39,671 nucleotides of DNA from Verrucomicrobiales bacterium (GCA_013003335.1 JABDJT010000571.1:1-39671), one strand, 5' to 3'; positions 16,682 through 28,232 are shown, counted from the stretch's first letter. Program-made: numbers and translations. Notes: generated from the sequence alone by a model not told the origin.

Positions 16682-18559
16682 GTGCCTCCAGTGACAGCCC
16701 TTCTCGACTGGTTCCAGGCAAACTACCAAATCCTCGCGATCTACCTGATCCTGATCGCGACGGTTCTCGCATTTTTTCGCGAGTGGGCACCACCGGACCT
16801 GGTCGCCCTCGCAGCCATGGGAGCCGTGCTGATTTTCGGCCTCCTGCCTCTCGCCGACGTGATCGAAACCGTCCCGGTTGAAAACGGTCCCGATTTAAAA
16901 ATTCTCAAGGAACGGGGCCTGCTCAGCGTGTTCAGCAACGGCGCACCGATCACGATCGCCTGCATGTTCATCCTCTCCGCGGGACTCGAACGAACCGGTG
17001 CAATCGACGCGATGGGCCGGTTTTTTACGAAGATCGCCGGAAAATCGGAACTGCGCGTGCTGCTGGTTTTGATGACCATGGCCGCCGTGCTGTCAGCTTT
17101 CGTGAACAACACGCCAATCGTTGTTGTGTTTCTCCCCATCGTTCTTGCTCATGCCCGGGCCACAAACCTGAAAGCCTCCAAGCTGCTCATCCCCCTCTCC
17201 TTTGCCTCGATCCTTGGCGGGACGTGCACACTAACCGGTTCCTCGACCAATCTCATTATTGATGGAGTTGCCACGGAACTCGGCGAAACGCCGTTCACGA
17301 TGTTCGAGTTGTCTAAACTCGGGATCATCTACGCCGTGATCGGGTTTACCTACCTTCTCACCGTCGGCCGAAAACTGCTCCCGGAACGCAGTTCACTCGC
17401 CGAACTGATTGCCCCGCAGTCCCGTGATTTCCTGACGCAGTTTAAAGTCGAAGCCGATTCCTACCTGATCGGAAAACCGCTAACTGAAACGTTCCTGAAA
17501 GATTTCAAAGGTGCTCAGGTACTCGAAGTGAAACGAAAAGGGAGCGTACTGACTGCCCCGCTCACTGAGTTGAGGATCCGGGAACGCGATCGACTCCTCG
17601 TCACTCTCCACGGACCGAGCGTCCAGAAGCTGCGCGATTCCGGCGGTGTTCGATTCGAAGGCCAGAAATATCTGAACCTGACCGAGTTGGAATCACGCGA
17701 AGTGAAATTGATCGAGGGAATTCTCGGGCCCCGTTCACTAATGATTGGCAGAACACTCAAACAAATCGGGTTCCGGCGAAATTACGGGGTGCACGTTCTG
17801 GCGATTCACCGGCAGGGAGAAAACCTGAGTAATGACCTGTCAGACGTGAAACTCGCATTCGGGGACACCCTCCTGATGGAGGGGCCGGTCGACGCCATCA
17901 ACCGGCTGCAAAAACAGAGGGATTTTGTCACTATCACAGAAGCACCCGAGGTGAAGATCGACGCAACCAAGCTTTGGTTCGGAGTTGGCCTGGCCGTTCT
18001 TTTCATCCTGGGCGCTTCGCTGAAACTTTTCGGCCTGGGCATTCCCGCGTGGGCCATGATCGCAGCCCTCGGAATGATTCTCCTCCGCTGCCTGAACGCC
18101 CGACAGGCTTACGAAGCCGTGCAGTGGAACATAGTATTTCTCATTTTCGGTATGCTGGCCCTCGGACTGGCCATGGCGCAGACCGGTGCAGCGGCAAATC
18201 TCGTTGCGGGCATCATGACCATTTTTGGAAATTTCAGCCCGTTCGTGATTCTCGCCGTCGTCTACCTGCTCAGTTCCACCCTGACCGAGCTGATTTCCAA
18301 CAACGCCGTTGCCGCTCTGCTTACCCCGATCGTGATTGGCATTGCCGAAGGAGCCGGAGTCGACGCCCGCCCGTTCATCGTGGCGATGATGTTCGGATGC
18401 AGTGCCAGTTTCGCCACCCCGATCGGATACCAGACCAACACCTACGTCTACGGTGCCGGTGGCTACAAGTTTACCGATTTTCCCAAAGTCGGCGTGCCAC
18501 TGAATCTCCTGCTCTGGATCATCGCCTCGATTTTGATCCCGATTTTCTGGCCCTTCTGA
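16682..18559 (+). CDS. SLC13/DASS-family anion permease with two central TrkA-C (RCK C-terminal) domains
   Basis: 625 aa. A polytopic N-terminal half and C-terminal half flank a ~200 aa soluble insert containing two repeats (...YLIGKPLTE...GAQVLEVKRKG...RIRERDRLLV... and ...SLMIGRTLKQ...GVHVLAIHRQG...KLAFGDTLLM...). GTG start. Confidence 0.8.
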   Translation: MPPVTALLDWFQANYQILAIYLILIATVLAFFREWAPPDLVALAAMGAVLIFGLLPLADVIETVPVENGPDLKILKERGLLSVFSNGAPITIACMFILSAGLERTGAIDAMGRFFTKIAGKSELRVLLVLMTMAAVLSAFVNNTPIVVVFLPIVLAHARATNLKASKLLIPLSFASILGGTCTLTGSSTNLIIDGVATELGETPFTMFELSKLGIIYAVIGFTYLLTVGRKLLPERSSLAELIAPQSRDFLTQFKVEADSYLIGKPLTETFLKDFKGAQVLEVKRKGSVLTAPLTELRIRERDRLLVTLHGPSVQKLRDSGGVRFEGQKYLNLTELESREVKLIEGILGPRSLMIGRTLKQIGFRRNYGVHVLAIHRQGENLSNDLSDVKLAFGDTLLMEGPVDAINRLQKQRDFVTITEAPEVKIDATKLWFGVGLAVLFILGASLKLFGLGIPAWAMIAALGMILLRCLNARQAYEAVQWNIVFLIFGMLALGLAMAQTGAAANLVAGIMTIFGNFSPFVILAVVYLLSSTLTELISNNAVAALLTPIVIGIAEGAGVDARPFIVAMMFGCSASFATPIGYQTNTYVYGAGGYKFTDFPKVGVPLNLLLWIIASILIPIFWPF

Positions 18560-18562
18560 TAA

Positions 18563-19276
18563 ATGAAACCGCCCGGGATTTACGGTTGGATCATGCTGGG
18601 CGGCATCCTGCTTGGGGCCTACCTGTGGCACCGAAAGTGGAAAAACTCCGAGCCGGTCCTGTTCGGAATTTTTATCGGGGCGATGATCGGGGCCTTTCTC
18701 GGCGCGAAACTCATTTACCTTTTCGCCGAGGGCTGGCTTCACTTTGGAAAACCCGATGCCTGGCTTCAAATTGCCACGGGCAAAACGATTTTGGGTGCTT
18801 TGTTAGGGGGTTATCTCGGCGTCGAGATCACCAAGAACCTGCTTGAATACAATCAGCCCACCGGGGACTGGTTTGCTTTCACCGTAGCAGGCGGAATTGC
18901 TGCAGGCCGAATCGGATGCCTGTTTTACGGCTGCTGTCCCGGCCAGGAATGCGACCCGCAGGCCTGGTATGCCCTGACCGATGAAGCCAGAACCGCGCGC
19001 TGGCCCGCTGTCCCAATCGAACTCGCCTTCAATCTCATCGCCATTGGGATACTGCTGCAATTGCAAAAATCGCCCGTGTTCCGCGGTCAGCTGTTTCACG
19101 CCTACCTGATCGGATACGGAGTTTTTCGTTTCGCCCACGAATTTTTCCGCGCCACTCCGAAAATCATTTTCGGCGAGATTTCCAGCTACCATCTCGCCGC
19201 CCTGGTCGTGATGATTCTCGGCGTGGCTGGTTATCGGAAGCGAGCCAGGGAGAATTCGATCGAACGGCAGTCGTAG
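18563..19276 (+). CDS. lgt: Prolipoprotein diacylglyceryl transferase
   Basis: A 237-aa polytopic protein. GKTILGALLGGYLG, GRIGCLFYGCCPG, WPAVPIELAFNL and GYGVFRFAHEFFR resemble conserved Lgt blocks. Starts 3 nt after the permease stop. Confidence 0.75.
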   Translation: MKPPGIYGWIMLGGILLGAYLWHRKWKNSEPVLFGIFIGAMIGAFLGAKLIYLFAEGWLHFGKPDAWLQIATGKTILGALLGGYLGVEITKNLLEYNQPTGDWFAFTVAGGIAAGRIGCLFYGCCPGQECDPQAWYALTDEARTARWPAVPIELAFNLIAIGILLQLQKSPVFRGQLFHAYLIGYGVFRFAHEFFRATPKIIFGEISSYHLAALVVMILGVAGYRKRARENSIERQS

Positions 19277-19344
19277 AGATTCTCGACCCGGGAAACCGCC
19301 GGCATGTCATCGCTCACCAAACGAAACAACAAGACCACAGCCTC

Positions 19345-19376
19345 CTGCGCTGTCTGGATCGAGGAGCCAGGCGCAG
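19345..19376 (+). terminator. GC-rich hairpin downstream of lgt
   Basis: CTGCGC-tgt-CTGG (19345-19357) pairs with CCAG-GCGCAG (19367-19376). The downstream sequence is only weakly T-rich. Confidence 0.3.
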
Positions 19377-19481
19377 TGCTGATTGACTTCTCGAAATGGT
19401 ATCTCTTTCGCAAAACCCGCCGCCCCCATCAAACCGGGACGCGGATCCTTCCGGGTGGAGTTGGATTGAGCCCGAAACCAG

Positions 19482-19516
19482 TCAATAGGGTTGGTTTGAC
19501 GAACAGACCCCGGTGG
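19482..19516 (-). repeat. Palindromic intergenic element, copy 4 (reverse orientation, diverged arms)
   Basis: TCAATAGGGTTGGTTTGACGAACAGACCCCGGTGG. It has 5 mismatches to the reverse-complement consensus CCAACAGGGTTGGTTTGGCGAACAGACCCTGTTGG. Confidence 0.75.
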
Positions 19517-19565
19517 TCCGTTTCCGCCATTGAACCGGGCAGGCAAATCCGGCATCCTGTCGGCG

Positions 19566-20453
19566 ATGCGATTTTTCCCTCTTCTTTTTCTCGCGCTACC
19601 CGCCCTCGCCTGGGACCCGGCAACGCAGGACGATTCCCTTGCGCTGGCACGACATTTCACAAAACCGACGGAGCCGCTCAAACCGTTCGCCGACAGAAAA
19701 TTCGAACCGAATTCGGGTGAAACCATCACCCTGATGGGCGGCACGTCTGTTTTCCAAATGCAGGATACCGGGAAGATCGAAGCCGCCATTTACGAAACGT
19801 ACCCGGACAAAAAATTGCGTATCCGGAACATCGGCTGGCCGGCGGACACAGTATACCGCCAGCAGCGCCCGATGTTTTTCTACACGAAAACGGGGGACAC
19901 CCGAGAAGGCAGTGTGCCGGATCAGCGCGAAAAGCTGGAGCCGGGAATTTTCATCCTGCAGTTCGGAAAAATGGAATCGCTCGACGGCGAATCTCGATTG
20001 CCGGAATTCGAATCCGCCCTCGGCCGACTCGTCGATGAACTGGCAAAATTCAGCCCGCGAATCGTGCTCATCGCTCCTGAACCCTTTCCGAAGTCCGGAC
20101 CCGCCGCGGCTCTCGCCGCGGAACGGAACGCCACCCTGGCCAAATACACCGACACCATCCGAAATCTCGCGAAGTCGAAGGAGCTGATCTTCGCCATGTC
20201 GCTTTCCGGCAATGTGGTCGCAGATTCCGATCCGGGCGATGCGCTCCTCGCCGCGATTCACGAAAAGAACGACCTGTTCACCCAGTATTATCGGCCGACA
20301 AACTGGGCCTTTTTATTCGGCGACCGACAGCACGTGCCGAGCTCGCGTGATCACCGCGACGCGAATCGGCGCTGGTTCATTGAGGAACTGAACAAGCTGC
20401 CTGGGCTGGTTTCCGCCGCGGACGAAGCCATCTGGAAGGAGGTGCAGAAATGA
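19566..20453 (+). CDS. Secreted SGNH/GDSL-hydrolase-like protein (catalytic blocks degenerate)
   Basis: Signal peptide MRFFPLLFLALPALA. Block-I-like LMGGTS, block-II-like NIGWPADT and block-III-like LQFGKME are present, but I see no clear DxxH block. The ATG at 19566 is preferred over the TTG at 19530. The stop overlaps the next start (ATGA at 20450). Confidence 0.5.
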   Translation: MRFFPLLFLALPALAWDPATQDDSLALARHFTKPTEPLKPFADRKFEPNSGETITLMGGTSVFQMQDTGKIEAAIYETYPDKKLRIRNIGWPADTVYRQQRPMFFYTKTGDTREGSVPDQREKLEPGIFILQFGKMESLDGESRLPEFESALGRLVDELAKFSPRIVLIAPEPFPKSGPAAALAAERNATLAKYTDTIRNLAKSKELIFAMSLSGNVVADSDPGDALLAAIHEKNDLFTQYYRPTNWAFLFGDRQHVPSSRDHRDANRRWFIEELNKLPGLVSAADEAIWKEVQK

Positions 20454-23400
20454 AATCATTCCCGTTTCTCCGAAACCTGATCCTCCTGCTCTGCGCGCAG
20501 TGTCCTGCACTCGCTCTCGCCGATTCCGTCGCGAAAAAAGCCGCCGACAATTCGGTCGAGGCCGAGATGGCGTCGTTCAAAATCCACGACGATTTTGAGA
20601 TCAATCTTTTCGCCGATGAATCGATGGGCATCGCGAATCCGGTGGCGATGCAATGGGACGCCAGGGGCCGACTGTGGGTTCTGACGACTCTGACCTACGC
20701 CCAACTGGAGCCGGGGCAAAAGGTGAACGACAAGCTGCTGATTCTCGAAGACACCAATCGCGACGGGAAAGCCGACAGCGTGAAAACCTTCCTCGACGGG
20801 CTCGACATGCCAATGGGTTTCGCGCTCGGCTATGGCGGCGTTTATGTCGGCGAGGGGCCGAACCTGCTGTTTTTCCAGGACACCGACGGCGATGACAAAG
20901 CCGACACCCGCGAAGTCGTGCTGACCGGTTTTGGCACGGGTGATACCCATCAGAATATTTCGAATTTCACTTGGGGGCAGGACGGTTGCCTCTATTTCAG
21001 TCAGGGGTTGCACGCCTTTTCACGCGTCGAAACGCCATGGGGAATCGTCCGCGGCGACACGGCAGGTTTTTTCCGCTTTCACCCGCGGACGCTGAAACTT
21101 GAGCCGTTCTGCTTTCCTTCGCTGGCCAGCCAGAATCCCTGTGGCATCGCCTTCGATCGCTACGGCGCGATGTTTTTGAAGTCGAACAACAAGGAGCTGA
21201 TTTACGTCACGCCCGGCCTCGTTCCGACGACGCATCAGAAAAATCTCGTCCCGGTGGGGAGCATTGGATCGACGCCGGGGAAATCGATGGGAGCCGAGTA
21301 CGTCGAGGCAACGCATTTGCCCGACTGGCTGCAGCGGCACATCCTGGTGGCGGGTTACTTTTCACACCGGGTGACAGCATTTTCGCTCGAGCGGGAAGGT
21401 GCCGGTTTCCAGCGGATCGAGCCCGTCGAAATCCTTTCCGCGACGCACCAGAGTTTCCGGCCGGTCGAAATCAAGGTCGGCCCGGACGGCGCCATTTATG
21501 TGGCGGACTGGTTCAACCCGATCATCGGCCACTACCAGGCCTCGCTTCGCCATCCCGATCGCGACTACCAACACGGGAGAATCTGGCGACTGACCGCGAA
21601 AGACCATCCGCTGGATCTGCCGGAGGATTTTCTGAAACAGGGGACCGCCGATCTCGGTTCGCCGAACCGGCTGGAACGGGACCTGGCGCAAATGCAGTTG
21701 ATCGAGCAGGCTGAATCCGATCCGGAGCGAATTCACGATTTCATGCTGCGGATGGTTCGGCACGGAGCCCGCGGACCGATCGGCGAGCCCGGCGATCCGC
21801 ATCGCATCGACCTCGCAAACGCCCTCCCCCTCGTGCTGGGGATTCTCTACGCCACCGATGGTCTGGAAAAAACGATTCCGTACGAAGTGAACGGAAAAGA
21901 GCGGGAACTGAACGCGCTGGATTTTCTCCGGGCCTGCAACATTCCGGAAGTCCGTGCCCTCACCGTTCGATACGATGAATCCGGCGATGTCCCGGTCCCC
22001 TTCCAGTTCGGCACACCGGACTGCCACCCGCGCGTGACCCTCGAACGGGTGTTGAAAGCCGGAAATTCCGGCATGGCCACCGAACTCCCCGTAGCCCTGC
22101 GGGCAATCGATGGCCAGACGGATCGTTTCATCGACTACGCCCTCGAGCAGACGATTCATTCGCTGGCAGAATCGTGGGTTCCTGAAGCCGTCGCGGGCAA
22201 TCTCAGGTTTCGGCGACCCGGTCACCTCGCATTTGCGCTGGAAGTTTACGGCGGCCCGGAAGCCCGGGAAATTGCGCAAGCCCGCCTCGCAGAAGACGAT
22301 CTCAGGCCGGAAACCCGCGCCCGGTTTGCCTGCGTGCTGGCCCGGGTCGGCACTCCGGAACAAATCCGCGATTTGCTGAATTCCGATCTGGTCGATGCCG
22401 GGACCTTGCGAGCACTCGCAGAAACGGCAGAGAACGGAGGTCGCCGTCCGGCCCCGCCGTTCCTCCCCCGGGTGAAACAGTTGATCGAATCCGAAAATCT
22501 GGAAATTCGCGCAGCTGCGATCGAATTGGCCGGCCGTTGGAAAGTCCAGCCTTTGGCCGCCAACCTGGTCCGTCTCGCAAAGGCCCCGGAAGCTCCGGCG
22601 ACAATTCGAGTCCCTGCGATGCATGCTACGGCGCGCCTGCAGGGTGCTAAGGCGATTCCGGTTTTGGAACAAATCGCCGGAGAACCGGGTGAGTTCGGTT
22701 TGAAACGGGGAGCCGTGGAAAGCCTTGTGATGATTCCCGGTGGTTTGCAAAAAGCGGCTGATTTGGCTGCGCGGAATTTCACCGAATCCGAAGCGCCGGA
22801 CGAATCTACCGTTCAACTGCTTGTCCCATTCCTGAACCGGAAAAACGGAACCGCTGCCCTGGCTGGCGCATTAAAACAGTCGAATCCGAAACTGAATCCG
22901 GAGATGGCCCGACACCTCGCGATGGAAATCGGCCGAATGGGCCGAAATGAGCCGGAACTACTGGCAATGCTGAACGAAATTCGCGGCGTCCAAACCGGTG
23001 CCCCGGCCTATTCGCCCGATGTAGTTCAAAAGTGGATCAACGCGGCCAACCGGGGAAATCCCGAAAACGGGAAGAAAATTTTTCAGCGCGCGGAACTGAC
23101 CTGCGTCGCCTGCCACCAGTTGGAAGGAGTGGGCGGAATTCTCGGTCCGTCGCTGGATACGGTTGGGGCCGGACTGCCGATGGATATTCTCGTCGAATCC
23201 GTCCTCTGGCCCGACCGGCAACTGAAGGAAGGCTATTTCGCCATCAGCGTTACAACCAAAGACGGCACCGTTTTCACCGGTTACGAAGCCGCCGGCCAGC
23301 CCGGAATTCTCAACCTCCGCGACACGGCCACCGGTAAAGTGCACGCCATCCGGCACGACCGGATTGCAGAGAAAAAAAACGTCGGAACACTCATGCCTGC

Positions 23401-23473
23401 CGGGCTGACCAATTCATTGAAGGAAAAGGAATTGGCCGACCTGCTCGCTTTTCTCGCCAGCCTGAAAGGCTGA
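20450..23473 (+). CDS. PVC-type heme-binding CxxCH protein (membrane-bound dehydrogenase-like N-terminal domain, HEAT-like repeats, C-terminal cytochrome c domain)
   Basis: Signal peptide MKSFPFLRNLILLLCAQCPALALA. N-terminal propeller-like blocks (WDARGRLWV, DTNRDGKAD, DTDGDDKAD). A long helical-repeat middle region. A C-terminal heme-c motif CVACHQLEGVGGILGPSL. The architecture matches the Pirellula/Verrucomicrobium-type family (TIGR02604 + TIGR02603) as I recall it. Confidence 0.8.
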   Translation: MKSFPFLRNLILLLCAQCPALALADSVAKKAADNSVEAEMASFKIHDDFEINLFADESMGIANPVAMQWDARGRLWVLTTLTYAQLEPGQKVNDKLLILEDTNRDGKADSVKTFLDGLDMPMGFALGYGGVYVGEGPNLLFFQDTDGDDKADTREVVLTGFGTGDTHQNISNFTWGQDGCLYFSQGLHAFSRVETPWGIVRGDTAGFFRFHPRTLKLEPFCFPSLASQNPCGIAFDRYGAMFLKSNNKELIYVTPGLVPTTHQKNLVPVGSIGSTPGKSMGAEYVEATHLPDWLQRHILVAGYFSHRVTAFSLEREGAGFQRIEPVEILSATHQSFRPVEIKVGPDGAIYVADWFNPIIGHYQASLRHPDRDYQHGRIWRLTAKDHPLDLPEDFLKQGTADLGSPNRLERDLAQMQLIEQAESDPERIHDFMLRMVRHGARGPIGEPGDPHRIDLANALPLVLGILYATDGLEKTIPYEVNGKERELNALDFLRACNIPEVRALTVRYDESGDVPVPFQFGTPDCHPRVTLERVLKAGNSGMATELPVALRAIDGQTDRFIDYALEQTIHSLAESWVPEAVAGNLRFRRPGHLAFALEVYGGPEAREIAQARLAEDDLRPETRARFACVLARVGTPEQIRDLLNSDLVDAGTLRALAETAENGGRRPAPPFLPRVKQLIESENLEIRAAAIELAGRWKVQPLAANLVRLAKAPEAPATIRVPAMHATARLQGAKAIPVLEQIAGEPGEFGLKRGAVESLVMIPGGLQKAADLAARNFTESEAPDESTVQLLVPFLNRKNGTAALAGALKQSNPKLNPEMARHLAMEIGRMGRNEPELLAMLNEIRGVQTGAPAYSPDVVQKWINAANRGNPENGKKIFQRAELTCVACHQLEGVGGILGPSLDTVGAGLPMDILVESVLWPDRQLKEGYFAISVTTKDGTVFTGYEAAGQPGILNLRDTATGKVHAIRHDRIAEKKNVGTLMPAGLTNSLKEKELADLLAFLASLKG

Positions 23474-23488
23474 ACGGCTGAATTCGAA

Positions 23489-23515
23489 CGAACAGGTTCT
23501 GTCCGGCAAACCAAC
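23489..23515 (+). repeat. Palindromic intergenic element, copy 5 (partial; 3' arm missing)
   Basis: CGAACAGGTTCTGTCCGGCAAACCAAC follows the consensus through CAAACCAAC and then diverges where the convergent hydrolase gene ends (stop at 23521-23523). Confidence 0.55.
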
Positions 23516-23520
23516 AGGAT

Positions 23521-24651
23521 TCATTCGTCCCCGACCGTTTTCTTCAAAACGCGCTCGATCGTTGCGTAGGCTTTTTCCCGCATCGCATCGGGAAAATCGT
23601 GATTACAATTCGGATGCTCGACTTCAATTCCATTCTCGTTCCCAAGCAGTTTGTAGACCGGAAGCGCTGCGGCAACGCATCGATCCACGCTTTTCCAGCG
23701 GAAATTGGAATCGTTCAGCGGAGCGTTTATAAAGACAGGACGGGGTGCCAGCGCGCCTAACAATTCACTAAAGTCGAACGGGATGGCCTCCAGATTACCG
23801 CGGTAATTGGACATTTTCGGCATGTAGCGGAGCTGGCACCAGCCTGCACCGTAAAACCAACGCTTTTCGACCCCGTCGTAATAATCGGGATACAGATCGA
23901 AGCCGCAACTGCTGACGATCACGGAAATCCGATCGTCAAAGACCGCGGAATAAATCGCGTTGTGGCCGCCCAGGGAGTGCCCGATTGCGCCGACGCCGTT
24001 TTTCATTTCGACTTCCGGCATCGACTCGAGCAAATCAATCGCGCGGGAATTATCCCAGATCGCGCGTGTCGTACCGCTCGGAAAATCGCGACCGCCGAGA
24101 GCCGGCCAGTAGTTGGCGAGATGCGGGTAAGACGGGGAGATTGTGATGAACCCGCGCTCGGCCAGTTCCTGCGCGTACTGGCGGTTCGCCCGTCCGCCCA
24201 GCCCGACGACAACTTTGTGGCCAACCTTGTTATCGGTCGGATGGAGGCAGAGCACCGCGGGAGTTTTTGCATCCGCCGTCGCTTTCTTCGGAACGCAGAG
24301 ATAGGCAGGGGTTCGACCGTGAGGGCCCGGTGCGGACTGGTAGGTGATCAACTTCCGGACGTAGCTGCCGCAATCGTTTTCTTCCACAACCTCAATTTGT
24401 AACTCTCCCCGCATCGCATCACCGGGGAAATTTCCCGCGACTTTTTGAAAACCGGCCAGGACTTCTGCGCGACGAATTTGCCAATCATCGGGTGTCGCGA
24501 CCGGTTTGACGGCACCGGATTCGGGATCACGGAATTGCAGCAGGTTTTCCCGATCCAGCCGCCCTGCGGTCGTTGCGGGCTGCTGAGCCAGGGACGTTCC
24601 GTACAAAATCGGAAGCCCCAAAAAACAGGCAAAGACAAGGGCGCGACTCAT
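23521..24651 (-). CDS. Secreted alpha/beta hydrolase (esterase/dienelactone-hydrolase-like)
   Basis: Signal peptide MSRALVFACFLGLPILYGTSLAQQ, nucleophile elbow GAIGHSLGGHNA (GxSxG) and a C-terminal HPNCNHDFP histidine region. Confidence 0.7.
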   Translation of the reverse strand: MSRALVFACFLGLPILYGTSLAQQPATTAGRLDRENLLQFRDPESGAVKPVATPDDWQIRRAEVLAGFQKVAGNFPGDAMRGELQIEVVEENDCGSYVRKLITYQSAPGPHGRTPAYLCVPKKATADAKTPAVLCLHPTDNKVGHKVVVGLGGRANRQYAQELAERGFITISPSYPHLANYWPALGGRDFPSGTTRAIWDNSRAIDLLESMPEVEMKNGVGAIGHSLGGHNAIYSAVFDDRISVIVSSCGFDLYPDYYDGVEKRWFYGAGWCQLRYMPKMSNYRGNLEAIPFDFSELLGALAPRPVFINAPLNDSNFRWKSVDRCVAAALPVYKLLGNENGIEVEHPNCNHDFPDAMREKAYATIERVLKKTVGDE

Positions 24652-24702
24652 GCCGCGATTCTTCGGGAATTCGGATAAGGGACAAGCCGAATTCGTCCGC
24701 GA

Positions 24703-25125
24703 TCAGGCCGCAGCGGGCTGTTTTTCGTCGCTGGAATCCAGGAAAGGGCTATGCAGCAGAACTGAATCTTCGCAGATCGTGATCGCCGGAACAGAGGTTG
24801 TTCTCTGATCAGTCAGGACCTTCGCGATGACAGAAATTTCGTGCACGATTTCGCGATTCGATTCTTTGTTCAAGGCACACCTGAGCCGATTGTGAAGAGG
24901 GACATCGAGCTGATGAGCCGCTCCCCGGATGTAGCGCACAGCCAGGTGATAATCGATCAACTTCCGCCCCTTCAAAAGTGCCAGGAAACCCTCTTCGCCA
25001 CTCAAAATCGCGGCGACCAATCTCTTTGCCTCCTGCAGGCGATTTCGGTCTCGAATCACGGAATAAATCCGGGCAATTCCGGACAGGGCTACGATTCCAA
25101 TGAAGAGATAGAAAAGCGAGGTCAT
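24703..25125 (-). CDS. Hypothetical membrane-anchored protein
   Basis: 140-aa ORF with an N-terminal TM helix (LFYLFIGIVALSGIARIY). Same strand as the hydrolase and 51 nt upstream of it. No motif recognised. Confidence 0.45.
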   Translation of the reverse strand: MTSLFYLFIGIVALSGIARIYSVIRDRNRLQEAKRLVAAILSGEEGFLALLKGRKLIDYHLAVRYIRGAAHQLDVPLHNRLRCALNKESNREIVHEISVIAKVLTDQRTTSVPAITICEDSVLLHSPFLDSSDEKQPAAA

Positions 25126-25298
25126 CCGGGGGTGGGAAAATTGTTAACTAATCTTAAATATCTGGCCAATTCGCGGTCTGTCCACCGTTGTTTTTCTGTG
25201 ATGCCGAGGGACCTCTCCGTTTTTGCGCCCCAATTAGGGTTGAGGATTTTTTGGGACACTGCTAGCCTTTCGGCCCGCAATTTTTCCAAAGCTAAAAC

Positions 25299-27269
<1,971 letters not shown>

Positions 27270-27276
27270 AACGAAT

Positions 27277-27310
27277 CAACAGGGTAGGTTTGCCAAACAA
27301 ACCCTGTTGG
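27277..27310. repeat. Palindromic intergenic element, copy 6
   Basis: CAACAGGGTAGGTTTGCCAAACAAACCCTGTTGG with perfect 9-bp arms. The loop matches both orientations of the consensus equally well. Starts 8 nt after the acs stop and ends 14 nt before the next start. Confidence 0.85.
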
Positions 27311-27323
27311 ATCGAATCTCGAA

Positions 27324-28232
27324 ATGAAAACCCGCCGCCAGTTTCTTGCTTCATCCGCGACCGGTCTAGTCGCTGCGCCGACCCTGGCAGCGGAGAAGGA
27401 GGAACGCCCGCTGTTTTCCTTCGGGCTGATGGCAGATTGCCAATACGCGGACTCAGATACGAGAGGTTCGCGTTTTTACCGGGAAAGCCCCCGAAAACTG
27501 GCGGCTGCGGTGGAGGAATTGAACCAGCACGACCTGGCGTTCACCTTTCACCTCGGAGATTTCATCGACCGCGATTTCGTGAGCTTTGATGTCCTTGAAC
27601 CAATCGCGGGAAAGCTGAATTCGAAACTGTATCACGCCCTCGGGAATCACGATTTCGATGTGGAAGACGGGAAAAAGACGAACGTCCCCCCGAAACTGGG
27701 ACTGGAAAACGGCTACTACAGCTTTCAGAAAGACGGTTTTCGGTTCGTGGTGATCGACACGACGGACGTCAGCACCTACCGCCACCCCAAAGGATCGGAG
27801 GCCCAAAAAGCCGCGGCAGAAGAACTGAAAAAATTGCAGAAGGCCGGCGTTTCCGGTTCCAAGCCGTGGAACGGGCGTCCGGGCGAGAAGCAATTGGAGT
27901 GGCTCGAAAGCAAATTGAAGGAGGCCACAAAATTGAAGGAAAAGGTGCTGGTCTTCGGGCATCACCCGATCCTTCCCGAGGAAGGTCATGTGATCTGGAA
28001 TGCGGATGTGGTGAGCAAGATTCTCCAGAAAAACGCCTGCGCGAAACTCTACATGAACGGCCACAACCATGCCGGGCACTACCTCGACTCCGGAGGATTT
28101 CACTACCTGACTCTCGACGGGATGCTGGAGACCAAGGACCAGAACGCGTTCGCTTACGCCAACCTTTTCGCGGACCGCCTCGAGTTGACCGGTTTCGGCC
28201 GCCAGGAATCTCACGTCCTGAAATTCCGCTGA
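27324..28232 (+). CDS. Metallophosphoesterase (ADPRibase-Mn-like) with a Tat-type signal peptide
   Basis: Twin-arginine leader MKTRRQFLASSATGLVAAPTLAA. Calcineurin-like motifs ADCQYAD, GDFIDRD, GNHDF and GHHP. The N-terminal block FSFGLMADCQYAD resembles the ADP-ribose/CDP-alcohol diphosphatase family. Confidence 0.75.
   Translation: MKTRRQFLASSATGLVAAPTLAAEKEERPLFSFGLMADCQYADSDTRGSRFYRESPRKLAAAVEELNQHDLAFTFHLGDFIDRDFVSFDVLEPIAGKLNSKLYHALGNHDFDVEDGKKTNVPPKLGLENGYYSFQKDGFRFVVIDTTDVSTYRHPKGSEAQKAAAEELKKLQKAGVSGSKPWNGRPGEKQLEWLESKLKEATKLKEKVLVFGHHPILPEEGHVIWNADVVSKILQKNACAKLYMNGHNHAGHYLDSGGFHYLTLDGMLETKDQNAFAYANLFADRLELTGFGRQESHVLKFR

Noticed and set aside
17840-18846. ORFs 17840..18769 (-) and 17974..18846 (+), 290-309 aa
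   Set aside because: They are off-frame or antisense to the SLC13 permease and lgt genes. The translations are Arg/His/Gly/Asp-rich and not membrane-protein-like.
19304-19789. ORFs 19304..19720 (+) and 19307..19789 (-) in the 290-bp lgt/SGNH spacer
   Set aside because: Both run through palindromic element copy 4 and into the next gene's signal peptide, and the composition is not protein-like. The spacer itself remains only partly explained (a hairpin at 19345-19376 plus the element).
21362-22816. 484-aa minus-strand ORF
   Set aside because: It is antisense to the PVC-type heme-binding protein gene and is Arg/Gly/Phe-rich with no motifs.
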